DNA of 64,000 bases, taken from contig JAYWIR010000012.1 in assembly GCA_036172245.1 (NCBI GenBank), positions 3,596,001 through 3,660,000 on the forward strand, given 5' to 3'. This stretch comes from Raillietiella orientalis (Eukaryota). The notes under the pieces are model-generated. The model was not told the DNA's origin. It did not search any database and saw only the letters and a list, made by a program, of their open reading frames with translations. Position 1 is the first letter of the stretch. Each line of letters opens with the position of its first letter. Positions 12,236 through 25,050 of this stretch are shown here, piece after piece. Both the position numbers and the translations under genes were made by a program.

Positions 12236-13526
12236 TCTAACGCTCTTTTAATTGCTTAGCGGCGGCAGTTATTTGCAAACGAAAGTGAAAGCGTAACCGT
12301 AGGAAGCGAAGCGGTCCGCGAGTAACCCTCAGCAGCGTAGGGGCGACCTTCGCGGACGGGTCGGCGAGCGCTCGCAGAATGGTGCTCGCAAGCTGCGATG
12401 ATGCCTGGATTGGACCGGGATGCACCTCGAACTTGGTAAACGTGGTGGCTGCCTGCCGCTCGTAGAGACGCGGGAGGTTGGAAAGGGGGAAACAGTCGGT
12501 TTACGCGAAAAGTGGAGCCGTCCCCGTCTCTGGTCAGTAGAGACGTCCCGGACGTGGGCAAACGGATTACCGCAACCAAAACCGTTCTTTGCTGATAGGT
12601 GACCGAGGGGATTCTGAGGAGACTCGTCATATCGTAAAGTTGCAGCCTCCTTCGAGCGTTGGCCTTGGTAGCTTTTCGATCGAAAGTCTCTCTTTTCTGT
12701 CTTTCCTTTTTTTCATTTGTTTTCTAACTTGCCGGTTCGGATTCGGTCGTCTGCGGGACGAGCAACCACTTCGGAAGATTCCGCGCTTCTGCTGACATAC
12801 AACGCCGCACAAACAGTCGTCGAGGGTGGGCCTCGCCGCCACCGCCTCCCGTCCCAAGATCGCGGATGGACCCGAACGTTTTCCGAGTCGGAGAAGCCAG
12901 GAACACCCCCTGGTTTCGATCACCCCCCCCCCCCCTTCCCTCTCGCTCCCGCACGGCTTTTGGGTGCTACCCCAAGGTCTGTGCCGCTTCACGTTGCCCC
13001 GCGTTTCTTCATTCCGGACGGATCGAACCGGGTGGTGGTTAATATTTCCCCTCCCTCTCCACCCGTCCAACCGTCTCTTGGGTCCTGAAGGTGTGGTTCC
13101 TTCCGCGCGTGAGGATGCGAAGAAAAGGAAGGGGGCACCGTAGCTGCATGCAGTCGTCGACCACCACCCCTACTTCCGGCAGGTCACGCCTTCCTGCGCG
13201 GTGCGCGCGCGTCGCTTGTGGCAGGAGCAAAGAGCAAAGTCTGAGCAGTCGGTTTCCTCCTCCTTCCCCTCCCCTCTTCCCCTCCCCCACACTTCCCATC
13301 GCTATCCGCCTGCTTCTTTCGCTTTCCTTCCCCTCCACCGTCGCCGCCGCCGCTGCTACCTCACTGATTTTCGCATTCTTTGTTTCGTGTGTTTCCAGCT
13401 AGACACCACCGGGTCCACTTTCACGGAAAACGCTGCGAATCATCTACTCTCTCACCCTCGTCATTCTCCTCTCCTCTTCCCCCATCTTGTGCCAATTCAT
13501 GTAAGATGAAAGATTTTTCGTTACAG

Positions 13527-13723
13527 GTTGTCCGGAATATTCCTGTTTCGACTGCGGAAGAGTCTACAGGAATGTAAGCACTCTGAAACGTCACCGGATG
13601 TACGAGTGCGGGAAAGAGCCCCTGCACCAATGCGGCTTCTGCTTAAAGAAGTTTAAGCAGCCGTACAATCTGATACGCCACATTAACAGCCTCCACAAGC
13701 GGTTGATTCTCGCAAAAATATAG
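13527..13723 (+). CDS. lola-like variable terminal exon A6, CCHC+C2H2 zinc-finger pair (absent from ORF track)
   Basis: Acceptor tttttcgttacAG, phase 1. Encodes GCPEYSCFDCGRVYRNVSTLKRHRMYECGKEPLHQCGFCLKKFKQPYNLIRHINSLHKRLILAKI*. AATAAA at 13725-13730. Confidence 0.92.
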
Positions 13724-16079
13724 CAATAAATTTGTGTGGTTTTCACTAAGGGAATCCACCACTTCTTCCACCTCCGCCTTCTCTTCCCTCCCTCCCGGTT
13801 TGCGTCTTCCGACGTTAAGAGAACTACTGCCTTTCGTCATATCTTCCTCTGCTAACTCCTCCTCTTCCTCCACCACCACCACCAACAGCAGCAGCAGCAT
13901 AGTAGCACCAGCAGCGGACACGTCAGGACACGCCGAATGGGAAGAAGCACCGTCGTCGGGAGACGATCGCCGCGGAGTGGCGCGCACCATCGGCGGCAGC
14001 CTGGATCCGTTCCCCTGTCCTTCGCCTTTCCCTGGTTCGGGAACGCAGTTTGCGAGAGAGAGGAAGCCAAGGAAGGACCGGGCGGCGGCGGCGGCGGGAA
14101 GCAGCCCACCCGGGATCCTCCCATACCGTCTTTTTCGGTCTCTTTCGAATCGCGAAGCGGTGCAGGGCAGCCTTGATGAAAGGTGGAGGGGGGGAAGGAG
14201 GCGTGGCTGGACACGTAGGCTCAGGTGACATTCTTGCAAGCGACCAGCGGCTGCGCCTGGCGTCCCGTCGTGAGCAAGTGGCTCCAACGGAAGTGGCTTC
14301 GCGGACGGCCATTTCCGGAGCATCCAGGGGGGGGGGGAGGGTCCAAGGACCCTGTACGGCAAGCACGCATCGAAGGCAGTACGCGACGGACATGCGGTCG
14401 TTCCCTCCTCCACGCACCCTTCCCCACCCTCTTCCTCATCGTCATCTCCCCCTTCCCGAGGTACCCCCGCCCTCCCATTCTCACTTTTGCCGTCATTTGC
14501 CCCCCTGGCCTTCCCCTTCCTTTTCTACCGATTTCGGTGGCGGCTCGTCTCCGGGGAGCTTGGAACGTGATGATCGCCGGGAGGACTGCCGTCCGCTCCT
14601 CAAGGATGTTTTCCTAGGTACCCTTTCTCCCTCTCCTTCCCGCGTGGTCCGAGTTCCGAGCGACCCCCTTGCGCGCACGTGCACATAGCGTGTCCCGTTC
14701 GATTCGTCCCTTCGGATCAACGCGCCGCCTTCCCGATGGCCTCGAGCGGCCGCTTCCGGGGTTTCCCGTGCAAGGAACGCACGGAAGGTCCCCCGTTGTC
14801 CGAGGACTCTCAGCTCCTTCTCGACTGCTGGCATCCCCCGCAGGTCGAGACGTGACCGCTCACCTTGAGCTGCCAACCGACATGACAACCACGTCTCCTG
14901 GACTAAGCTCTGGCTCACCAGTCCAAGATCGCACATCGCCATCAGCATGCTGCTGCAGTCCATCGCTGTTTTTATCGTGATCGTCCATTTGTATTACAGT
15001 TGTTGTAGTCCATCACTGTTGCAATTCTCATTGTTAGGGGTCACGATCGCTGCGATTCTCATCTTCACAGTTTGTCAGTGCTGTTGTTACTCTGAAACGC
15101 ATAGCTGTGAGAGATACTACCGAAAATTCCGGAGACTGTGCTCTTCGGCGAGGGAAAAGAGATGAAAGCTCCCCCGTGACCTACTACCTCGTATTGCATC
15201 CCGACATCCGGCAGAGCTGCCACCGTCTTGATCTGTGTACCTGAATAAAACCGGGATGCTGCTCGCGGAGCGCACGCTCCAAGGCCTGAACGCGCGGCTC
15301 GCGAGCTGCGTTTTGATTGCAATTCTCACCCGGAAGTGCTTTTCGCCTTGCCGAGATCAGACGAGACTGCCCCTCTTGCCTCGACCCTTTGGGAGCAGAC
15401 TCACCCGATCTCCCGAGATGCATTCCTTTTGCTCCCCTCCCCTCCTCCTCCCTTTCTCCCAACGCCTCCGCAGAGAGAGTTTGCGGCCACAACAAGGCTT
15501 TCCAAAGTCCTCATCACCCGGTCTTCGAGAAGCGTCCCCGCCCGATCGCTCATCTTGGGGAGCAGCGCCCTTGAGGAGTGGTGGCACTTGCATCCTGATT
15601 GCGTGTGCCGAGGGGCACTGGAAAAACCGGAGCGGCGCAGAGCGTTTCAGTGCCAGCAAGAGGTGACGGCTCGCTGCAGGTGGTGTTTCTGATCAAAGAG
15701 CGGCTGATAGGCAGTCTTTTCCGAGAATTCGCAAACACAGCTGGGTGGTCTTCCTTAGAAGAGCGTGAGGGGTCACGTGCTCGTTTGGAGACCTTGGTTG
15801 GGAACACCATCCGTGTTGATGTTCTCCTCCAAACCGCCTCTTGAGGATACAAACTGCCGTGCCGGCCAAGAAGAAGAGCCGCAAGCGCCGCTGTGGTCAT
15901 TCTGTCCGAGCAACCAGCTCGGGGAGGAACGGTCCGCAGGCGATTCTCGCACTCCGAGCTTCCCGCGTGGCGTGGCCTCGCCCGACTAGGAACCCACCAT
16001 ACCGCTGTTTCTGCAGCAGCGGCGCGCTGATTCTATACACTCGGTTGCCGGGCCTATTGCCCCGTTGCAGTGGTTACGG

Positions 16080-16382
16080 CTTGAAGTTCCTGGGAGTCGA
16101 GCAGTGAGGGCGCTCGTCCCATTCTATGAGGAAGTTCTCTCCCCCAAGTTCCCGTGGGTCCTTGCCGGAGGAGGGGGGGGAGGAGGGTTGGCGAGAGCAA
16201 CGTCGTTGCGCGATCGACAAGGTGGGCATCCTGTTTCCATGGGCCAAGAAGGTGAACCCGGTGGGGTCATGCGTTCCTGTTCCCCCCCCCCCCCCGGCAA
16301 GGACCAACGGGAACTTGGTGGAGTGAACTTCCTCATAGAACGGGACTCGCGTCCTCATTTCTCGACTCCGGAAACTTTCAAG
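16080..16382. repeat. Imperfect inverted repeat with about 100 bp arms (MITE-like or foldback)
   Basis: Arm 16080-16180 (..gtcccattctatgaggaagttctctcccccaagttcccgtgggtccttgccgg..) is the near reverse complement of 16282-16382. The ORF track shows VPFYEEV..KFP.VLAGGGGG on both strands. Confidence 0.85.
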
Positions 16383-19300
16383 AGCTCACGGCCCTCCAGA
16401 GCGGGCATCGAAAACGCTCTGGAAGTGTCGTTCTCGATTATCTTGCCCGGTGGCCAAGCTTCGCTCTTGAGCTCCTCCCTGGTCACTTGACAGCGTGACG
16501 GAGCGATCCGCGCTTGGATGCTGCGGTTGGCTTGGAGAGGCTGGTGGCGTGCGGCGGCAGCAGGAGCGGGGCTTTCGGCAACCAGCCGCTCCTCGTCGTC
16601 ACTGTCTCCGTTTGCATCCGTGCGCGCGTGGGGCGACACGTCGCCCCACGCGTCACCATGTCGCGGGGTCATCCGGCGATCGGCTCGCTAACGATCCCAT
16701 CCGTATCGATTCCATCCTTTTCCAGTGTCGACCTCCAAGATTTCTCTTCCGTGCGGTGCCCTCAGCCACCGCGGTCAGGGCCGAGAGTCGCCGCGAACGC
16801 CTCCTCGCTCCTCCTCCTGTTGCCTCGCGACGCCTGCCCGCAGTGGCGCGAGGCGCGTCTCTCTGGGCCCTCCGGAGAACTTTGGGAGCCCGCTGATGGC
16901 TGCCCAGACCCTCTCTCGATCGGGAGCTCCCCTTCCTCTCCCAGCCTCGGCGCTTACCAAAAGTCCCGGAAAAAAGGTTTGTAGGACTCGTCATTGGCGA
17001 ACAGATGACGACAGATTCCTCCCCCGTCCTCCTCCTCCCACCTCTTCCCTTCCTCCCCTCCCCTCCTTTTTCACCCCCTTCTATGCCTTCTCCTCCTCCG
17101 CTTCTTGCCCCTCCCCTCCCTCTTCCTCTTCCCCCTCACCTTTTGCCCTTTTCCTCCCTCTCTTTCTGCCTTCCTCCTCTTCCCTTCCTCTGCCCCCGCA
17201 ATGCTCTTTGCGCGCGTTCGATCGCGGCGTGCTACCCCAGCCGGGGAAGGAATCGAGGGAAGTTCCGCTCGTTTCCCTTTCCGGTGCTTTCCCAGTCTCC
17301 CCACTCCCTCTCCCCCCTCCTCGTCTTCCTCCCGCTTTGCCTTGCTTCCCCGCGCGTGCTTGTCGCCTCCCGGATCCTCCACGAGCAGCAACCCGTTTCC
17401 TCTGACGTCACTTCCGCTTCCGCGCGATCCGCTGCCAGCCCAGCTGGTTGCTTCTCCTCATCCCGGCCTCTCTCCCCTCCCCTCCATCCTCGCACGCGCT
17501 CGCCCTTTCCCCGCCGAGGCTCCTCCGCCTCCTCCTCGGGAATCGGGAAATGGCGCGATCCGAACCGCAGCCCGCCGATCGTCGGAGGTCCGGGTGGGTC
17601 CTTTCGCGGAGAGCCAGCAGCTGGCGCTCCGACTCGCTGTGCGGAACGGCGGCTGGTCGAAGTAAGAGAGGAGGGGGAGGGGGAGGAGGCAGCAGGCAAG
17701 AGACGCGATTTCCGGCTCGATTTTCCGGAGTTCCTCCCTCCACCTCCACGCTCCGCGTTCCCCCGTGCGCATCTGGGCCCGGAGACTGACGGACCAACTC
17801 GCTCTGCCATCTGCCGGTCGGCGTACGGATCCAAACGGACGTGGTGCCGCGGACCAAGGCGCTCGCATCGGGCCCCAGCCAGCGAGGATCTCCCGGCAGC
17901 CCTCGTCTCTTACTTCCCTGCTCTCCCCGTGCACTCATCACGGGGGGGGGGGAAAGGAGAAGACGCGAGCAAATGACCGCCGTCCCCGTCCGTGCGCGGA
18001 TCAGGAACCTCCGGCTTCGCTTGTTACCTGAACCGGAAGAGGAACCGAAAAGGTTAAAGAAAAGGTGGAGGGAGAATCTGTAGAACGGACGGGAGACTTC
18101 GACAGCCAGGGATGCTGAGGGAGGAGGAAGAGGATATGGAGAAAAAGAAGGAGTTTGAGAAAGAGGAAGAAGGGAGCAGGAGGAGGGCGAGGAAGAGAAG
18201 AAATGAGGAAGGAGAACAGGTAGAGGTGGAGGAGGAAGGGAAGGGTGTGGGAGGGAAAGATGAAAGAGGTGGAAGGGAGATGCGGGAAGAACTGGACGAG
18301 CAAAAAGGAAACCCTGGAATTTTCCTCTTCCTTTTGTAGGCGGCGGCGGGAGGGCAGGAGGCTTGAGGATCCGGCAGGACGAATGGGTAAGGTGCGGCGT
18401 CCCTGTGCCCCTGTTTGCCCTCCTCTCCCCGCAGCCGTCGGGCCTGGGCTTGCGGGAACACCCGGCGCGCGCGACCCACCTGACTGCCATCTGTGCCGGG
18501 GTGAGCTCGTTGGGTGGGAAGGCGACATCTGGAGGGGCGGTACGGTGCACTCCAGATGGCGAGCGCCCCTCCGAACCTCTCTCCCCTCTACGCTCCAGCA
18601 GGACTCTGTGGGGGACAGGGAGAAGGGTCAGGGGGTGTCGGTCCGCCAGTTCTGCCGCTCTGCATTTCGCGCGCACCGGAGAGCGCAGATGTGGCGTCGG
18701 CGCGGCTGCCCCGCTGGCGTTCGCGGAAAATTCGAAGTTTCCCTTTCCCGGGGGGTCGGTGGGAAGGAACCTTCCAGGAAGGCCGGGAGACAGCTTACAT
18801 GCATCCCGTTTGATATCCAGGAACGCCTGAGAGAGCATTCTGGAGCGAATCCGCGAGAGCTGGCACGGGAGCCGCACTCCCCTCCCTCTGAATAAGGGGA
18901 GGGGGAGGAGAGAGTGGAACGACTCCTGCGATTGTCGCTCCTTACTCCCCATCCCCAGCGGAAGAATCGGGAAGACTCATCCTGCGGAATTTCTGCGGAC
19001 CTACCCGCGCGGCAGTGGCGCCAGGCGGGACGCGCGAGAACCTCTGCGGCAATCGCAGAGCCAGGGTGCGCATCCTGGGAACGTCGCGGGGGTAGGCGAG
19101 CGGTGGGCGCCTCTCGGGGCTCGCTACCTCAAGGTCGTTCCCCCACGCGCCCTTTCCCACAGCGCGCGCCCCTCCGGGAACGGCAGTAGTGCAGCGACCC
19201 GTGTCGGAGAGACTTCGCGACGTCGCCGGAGGGCGCCGGGAGCGCAAGCGAAGGTGCACGCATGTGTCTCCCGCTCGACGCGAGGGTCTTCCTCGAGGGG

Positions 19301-22191
19301 ACGGGAAGGAGGTGTGTGTGTGTGGGTGGGGGATTGGTCTCTTCCTCCTCCGCATCCGCCGCTTCTGGCTCACGGACCCATCCCGGCAGCGCATCGCATC
19401 GCATCGCGTCGTGAAAGACAACCGGGGACAGTCGTGACGACTGTCTCCGGTTTCTGAGAGCGAGGGGACCGCAGCTCGTCGGTGGAGCTGGAGAGGCTGC
19501 CGGGATGAAACTGCTCCTTGCCCGGGCAGATCCTTCCGGTGTGCCCATTTCGCAGCGCAAGTGTCGCCCGCTCGACGCGAAAGAGGAGGAAGTGCCTCCT
19601 CCTCGTCCCTTCCTCTTCCTGCCTTCCGAGGTGCCTCCTGACATGCGAGTGGCAGCGCGTCTTTGCGATGAAGGGTTGGAGGTGCGAAGTATGGGGACCC
19701 TAGCAGCTCGGTAGCTGCGAGCAGACGGAAGATGCTTTGGCGATGGAGATGTCCCCGCGGAAGCGTTGCGAACGTTTCACTCAGCGTTGCCGTTCATTTT
19801 GTTGCGGATGGACAACAGGCAGCCGGGGCACGCCGCAGAGGCCGCGTGGTTCGTGTGAACGCGTCTCCGCGACGCGCTTGTTCCACGCGGTGCTTTTCCC
19901 AAGATGGCGTCCCTATGGTGCCGTCTTGACTCATCCTTGCCCAGTGGGAGGGTGAGCCGGCCGAGCCAGCGGGTGCCCCGAGGCGCGCGGTGGAAAAGCG
20001 GCCCCTTCTCCGAGAGCGTTTCCTTCCGCTTTGGCCATGCGCGCGTCCGGAAGCGGAGGCCCGACGGTCTGAGTGGCCCTCCATCTGAGGGGGGGAGGGA
20101 GGATGTAGATCGGGGCGTCAGCGGAGGTTTTCGCTCTGCAGGGAAACCTTCCGCCAGAGGGGGGTCTCCGAGAGCTCCACTGCCCGTGGAGCGTGCGCGG
20201 AGGCTGGAAGACCAGGGAGCGTGCGTCGCAGGCAGGGCGGAGGAGGAATGCTGTTCCTCATGCGTCCCGAAAGAATCCCCCTCGTGGGGCGACGTTCCGC
20301 CTCCGCGTTGCTTTCCTTTGGGAAGGAGCGAGCGCAGGAGAGAGGGGACTACTTCCCCTCCCCCTTCCCCCTCTCCCTTTCGAAGGGACAGAGGGCTTCC
20401 CGCTCTCCCGAGTTCCCGGTTGTCGTGTCGACAGGAGGAGCGGCTGCTGCTCTCCCCTCCAGGAGACCTTGGCCCAGCTGGAACCCGGCTTCTGCCGGTT
20501 GCGGCGTTCGAGCGTGGGGAGGGTCTTCCTTACCACGTACCTGAGGCCACCAGCCCCAGGCAGTCCGTCGACCTCGACGCGCCCGCAACGTGAGAAAGGG
20601 AGAAGTCCGGAAAGGGTGGTCCGGCTACCAAGATGCCGGCAGCAGGAGAGCCTCCCGAGAGAGGCCGGGCACCCGGGCGGTCTCCCCCCCCGGAGTTCCT
20701 TTCCACCCGTCTCGAACCCGGGAAAGGACGGAAGGGGAGCTCTGCAGGCCGCACGCAGCCTCCGGCCTTTCTTTTTCTCTGGAGCAGCTCCCGTGGGATT
20801 GCCGCCCGCTCCGAGCTGCTCGGGGGACCAGGGAACGCCTTCGGGATGGGCAGGTTCCCCAACGGGTGAAGGAGGGAAGGAGCGAACGGACGTGCCCTCC
20901 CCCGGGAGCGATGCGCGCACCTCCTGCCGCCGTGGGCCCACGCTCTGTCACGAGGCTGACGATCTCGAGGACGGAGGGAGGAAGGGGGGGGGGGGGACAG
21001 CGTTCGCTTCTGTGCAGGGACTCCTCGTCCTCTAGGGGCGGCGGTACGAGAGTCGCTCCCGGTTACATCTTCGGTGCACCATCTTCGGTGTGCCGATGAT
21101 AGCGAGGAAGAGGAAGGGGAGGTGGCGCGGCAGATTCCTCCAGGGCACGCTTCTGGCAGGACGCGGGAACCCTTTTCGGAGAGCGTTTCCCCGCGGCACT
21201 CAGCTCGAAAGGGGAAGGGGAGAAAAGCCTCCCCCTCCCCCCCTTTCCCCCCATGGTATCCCTCCCAAGATGGCGGGGCTACACGCCCGCCGGCCGTGGG
21301 GCGCGCGATCCCGCTCAGCCTCCTTCCTCGCGGGAACTCCTCGAGGAGCAGAAGAGGACCGCGACCGCTGAGGGGCACTTGCCCCGCGCGCGCTGGTTGC
21401 CCGTGAGCGCGTTCTTGTCACGCACGCACACGCGCAAATGCACACACGCACACGTATGCGCGTGCAGGAAAGGGAACACGTGAACTTATGCTGTTGCAAT
21501 CGTAGGTGCATGCGCAGATCAGATCGGATCGCACGAGGCGTGGGCCACCTTTTCCCATGCCGATGGGCGTGTAGGCTCCCACCTGCTCGCGAGCGCGCGA
21601 AAGGGCTGCCCTTCCACCGTGGCCACGCGGAGCACTCGCGTGCTCTCCCCCGAGCTGGAACGCGTCCGCTTGGCAAGCTGCCTCCAATGGCAACCACCCC
21701 TTCAGAAAAGTACCCAGGGTACGCGGTACCGAGACCAGAACAAAAAAAAAAAAAAAGGCACCGGTCCGTTCTGTGCCTGCAACGGACGTTAACACTGGAT
21801 ATCTTTCAAAAGATACGAGGAGAAACGAGAAGGAAAACACACGCACGCACACGCACACGCACTGAATCAATCCTCAGAGACAGCCTCTTCTTCGCATCGC
21901 TTGCAGAGCTCCGGTACAACCAAGTCACGGAGAAAAAATCGATATATCCGGGCAAATCGAAAGCCTGGTGACTCTCCACGGAGATCGATGCTCGTATCCT
22001 TGGTAACTGGCAAGGCTTCGCTTTTCACAGCCGTTCTCACCTCCTGCATAAGGGAATGCAGGGTTATCAGACAAATATGAGACTGTCACGAGGCATTTCT
22101 GTTGGCAGTTCGGGGCGACTTACTTATGATCGATCCTCTAAGGTGCCAACAAAGAAAGCAAATCCCTTCCGATCCTTTTTTCTTTTTTTCT

Positions 22192-22234
<43 letters not shown>

Positions 22235-24399
22235 CGTGTTTTGTGGTTATGGTTTCTCTTCAAGAGATGTTTCCTGTGTTCCTTCCACTTTGCACTTCGA
22301 AAGAGATCTGCTACTGGCTGACCAACGCGTTCCTCCAGTTCACAGTTGAGCAACTGATACAAAATGGTCGCCCTCTGACCAGCAAATGTGGAATAGAGAG
22401 GGCCCCTGCTTGCACACCGACCTCGTGTCGACTCAACTCACTCCGTGGCAGCGAAGGAAGAAGAAACCGGAAGGAAGGAGAGCGTTGCCGTGATGAAAAG
22501 AACAAACCGGTAAGGGGGCACTAGATGAACGTTCCTTTGTGCGCTTCGCGTTCCTCGCTTGCCACCGCCTTCCCGTTGCGACGGGGTTGTCGAGGCGCTC
22601 GAGAGGCTGCGAGGAATAAAAACCACTGACAGAAAACTTTCAGATCTTCTCTGCTTACGTCTCTGCGAGAGCCGACCAGCACCACGGGCAGGAAGCAACA
22701 CAGCACCGCACGACATTCGCATTTCATCGTTATGGTTCCAAGGAAGCACAAGCCTACGAATGAGCACCGCCTAATGGTTTGCGCACCGTCGCCGTAGAAA
22801 TCAATTGCCAAGATGGCGCGCGCGCTTGTTCGTCTCTCCTCCTTGCTCTCCATTGTTGCCTGCTCCCCCCCCCTCCTTTCTCCCCAGTGCAAAAAAGGAA
22901 GGCGTTTCTCTTGCACAGGCTTACCATGTCATTTTTGTCCGTTCGCAAGCGCGCGCGGAGAACGATCAGCTGCGGCAGCCAGAGGCCGTCAGAGGCACTG
23001 CCGTGCACGACCGAAGCGGAAGAGTCATGGACCGTTTCACGAGTTGAAAAGAAGGAAAGAGAAAGAAGGCTCAGAATTCGTAAATGAGTAAACAAGAAAC
23101 GTTGGGTCCTAAGGAGCTGCCGCGAACCGTTGTGGCACTCTCGCAGAAAACAGGAGGCTGCGTCCATGTTGGCAATCTGCGAAGCTCTCTAGGAATATTC
23201 GAGAAAGAACACACGCACACATACACACACACGCACGCACGCACGCACGCACACCACACATGCGCGCATTACGGAGTTTCACCGAAAAAAATGGCGCTCC
23301 CGCATCCGTAATACTTGCAGATCGATTATCATGGTCAACGCGACCCACAAAGCCTTCTTCTGCTCCTTTCTTTGTTCCCCATCCGCGCAAAACGAGTGAG
23401 GTGCGTGCTTATCTCGCCTCTCGCATGCATCGGTAATCTCATCGATTTTCTTGCGATGGGAAGGAAAATTCCTCATCGGGTAATCTCAGGATGCTGCCAT
23501 TCCCGAGATCGTTCTTTTATTTTTTTTTATTTTCCCAGCTTACCCGACCAGCCTTCATCGAGTAAACAGAAATCCTCTCGTTCAGAGTTTTTTCTTCTTC
23601 TTTCTTACACACCGACGCCATGTGCACAAAGCACGAGCGAGGTTCGCATATGTAGCCGTGTTTTCGAAGAACCAAAGAACAAACACCGAACGATGTTCAG
23701 AAGTTTCGGGTGCAGTGCTAAAGTTGGTCTACGGAAGCTGGAAGGTCAAGCGTGCCTCCGAATGGTGCTTCCCTCCTCTGGAGTGGAATAGAACGGGCAC
23801 CGGCCCACCAGGCGATCCCCGAAGACGTCCTGTAGCTTCCAGCCCGACTGCAAGAGATTCTGGCTGGCGCCCTGTGATTTGTACTTTTTGTGTGTGTGCC
23901 TTTTTTTTTTCTTTATGAGATCGAAAGGGTTGTTGGCAAACTGATAAATGAACCGATAAATGAACGTATCTTTGCGTAGTGGCAGTGTCGCAGGCTGTGA
24001 GTTTTGCTGAGCCGCCATCGCCAGCGGTTGCAAACTTCGACCCAGTGCCGCCTAAGCGATGTGAAACACCGTCGCTGAGGGAAGTTCTTCTCGCAGCAGA
24101 CTTCTGTAGTCACGTGGCAGGAATACCGGGGTGGGGGGGGGATCTCCTCTACTAACATACACCACAAGTTGAAAAAGCATCACAGGTGGCCGGTGTGTCT
24201 CACGTGCTTCCGATGGAAGAGGGGAAAATCTTTCTGCTTGCGTTAACTATCGCACAAACGGCGACGTGTTCCTTGACACATACGAATTCCAGGTTCCGTG
24301 TCCTGGAAGAATGAAGTAGAATGCTGTGTCCGCTTCGTGGACACAGCGACGGCAAGACGGCAGCATGGTGTGCCGTTGTTCGTGTGCTCGTGTGATGGC

Positions 24400-25050
24400 G
24401 CCAGCTCGAGCAACACGCGCGCAACCTGGAAGGCGTCAGCCGCGGTGAAAACGCACTTTCGGAAAAGCGCGAGAGATGTCAGCACATGCAGTCGCACGCG
24501 ATCGCACGCTCCAGCCTCTCTCTCTAGGGAGCTGTTCCCAAGGCCTAGCCCACGCAATCGTTGATGCCCTCCTGAAGACCTGAGCTACCCGCAGACAACG
24601 CCTTAACGGTCCAGGCGCCAAGATTGCTGGCGTGGTGGCCCTGAAGGCGAACTGGCAGCGGCCAAACGTCGCAGTTCGAACAGCTCTCCCCCGTCTTCAC
24701 ACGCACCGATCCGTCCAGGATGGTAACTCTTGGTGGAATGGTACTGCGGTTGGGCTCCACAGCATGCAGTCTTCTTTTTGCAGTGATGGGGTGGTGCGAA
24801 CGGGGGTTCCACGTTAACGCCTCCAAGAAAATTCAAAGGCTTCCAGAACGCCTTCCCACCCGCCCACCCCGGTCTCCGGACTCCCCCCATAATGGAGCGG
24901 CAGTCCAGGAGAACTCTGAAGGAGGGCACGCCGCTCCAGGAAGATAGACATTCTCCCCTTTTCCTTCCAACCTTGCCGCAGATCAAAATGGGAAGACTGG
25001 GATGGCCGTGTGGCTCGAAGTGCCGGGACAGCCGTGCCACGGGGGCACCT
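24400..25050 (-). mobile_element. Highly decayed non-LTR reverse-transcriptase remnant
   Basis: Minus-strand fragments in RT order: HPSLPILICGKV (RPISL..K-like), ILDGSVRVKTGESCS..PVRLQG (V..G..S..GVPQG-like), ACADI (YADD-like, about 24475-24489) and AADAFQVA. Multiple frameshifts. Confidence 0.35.
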
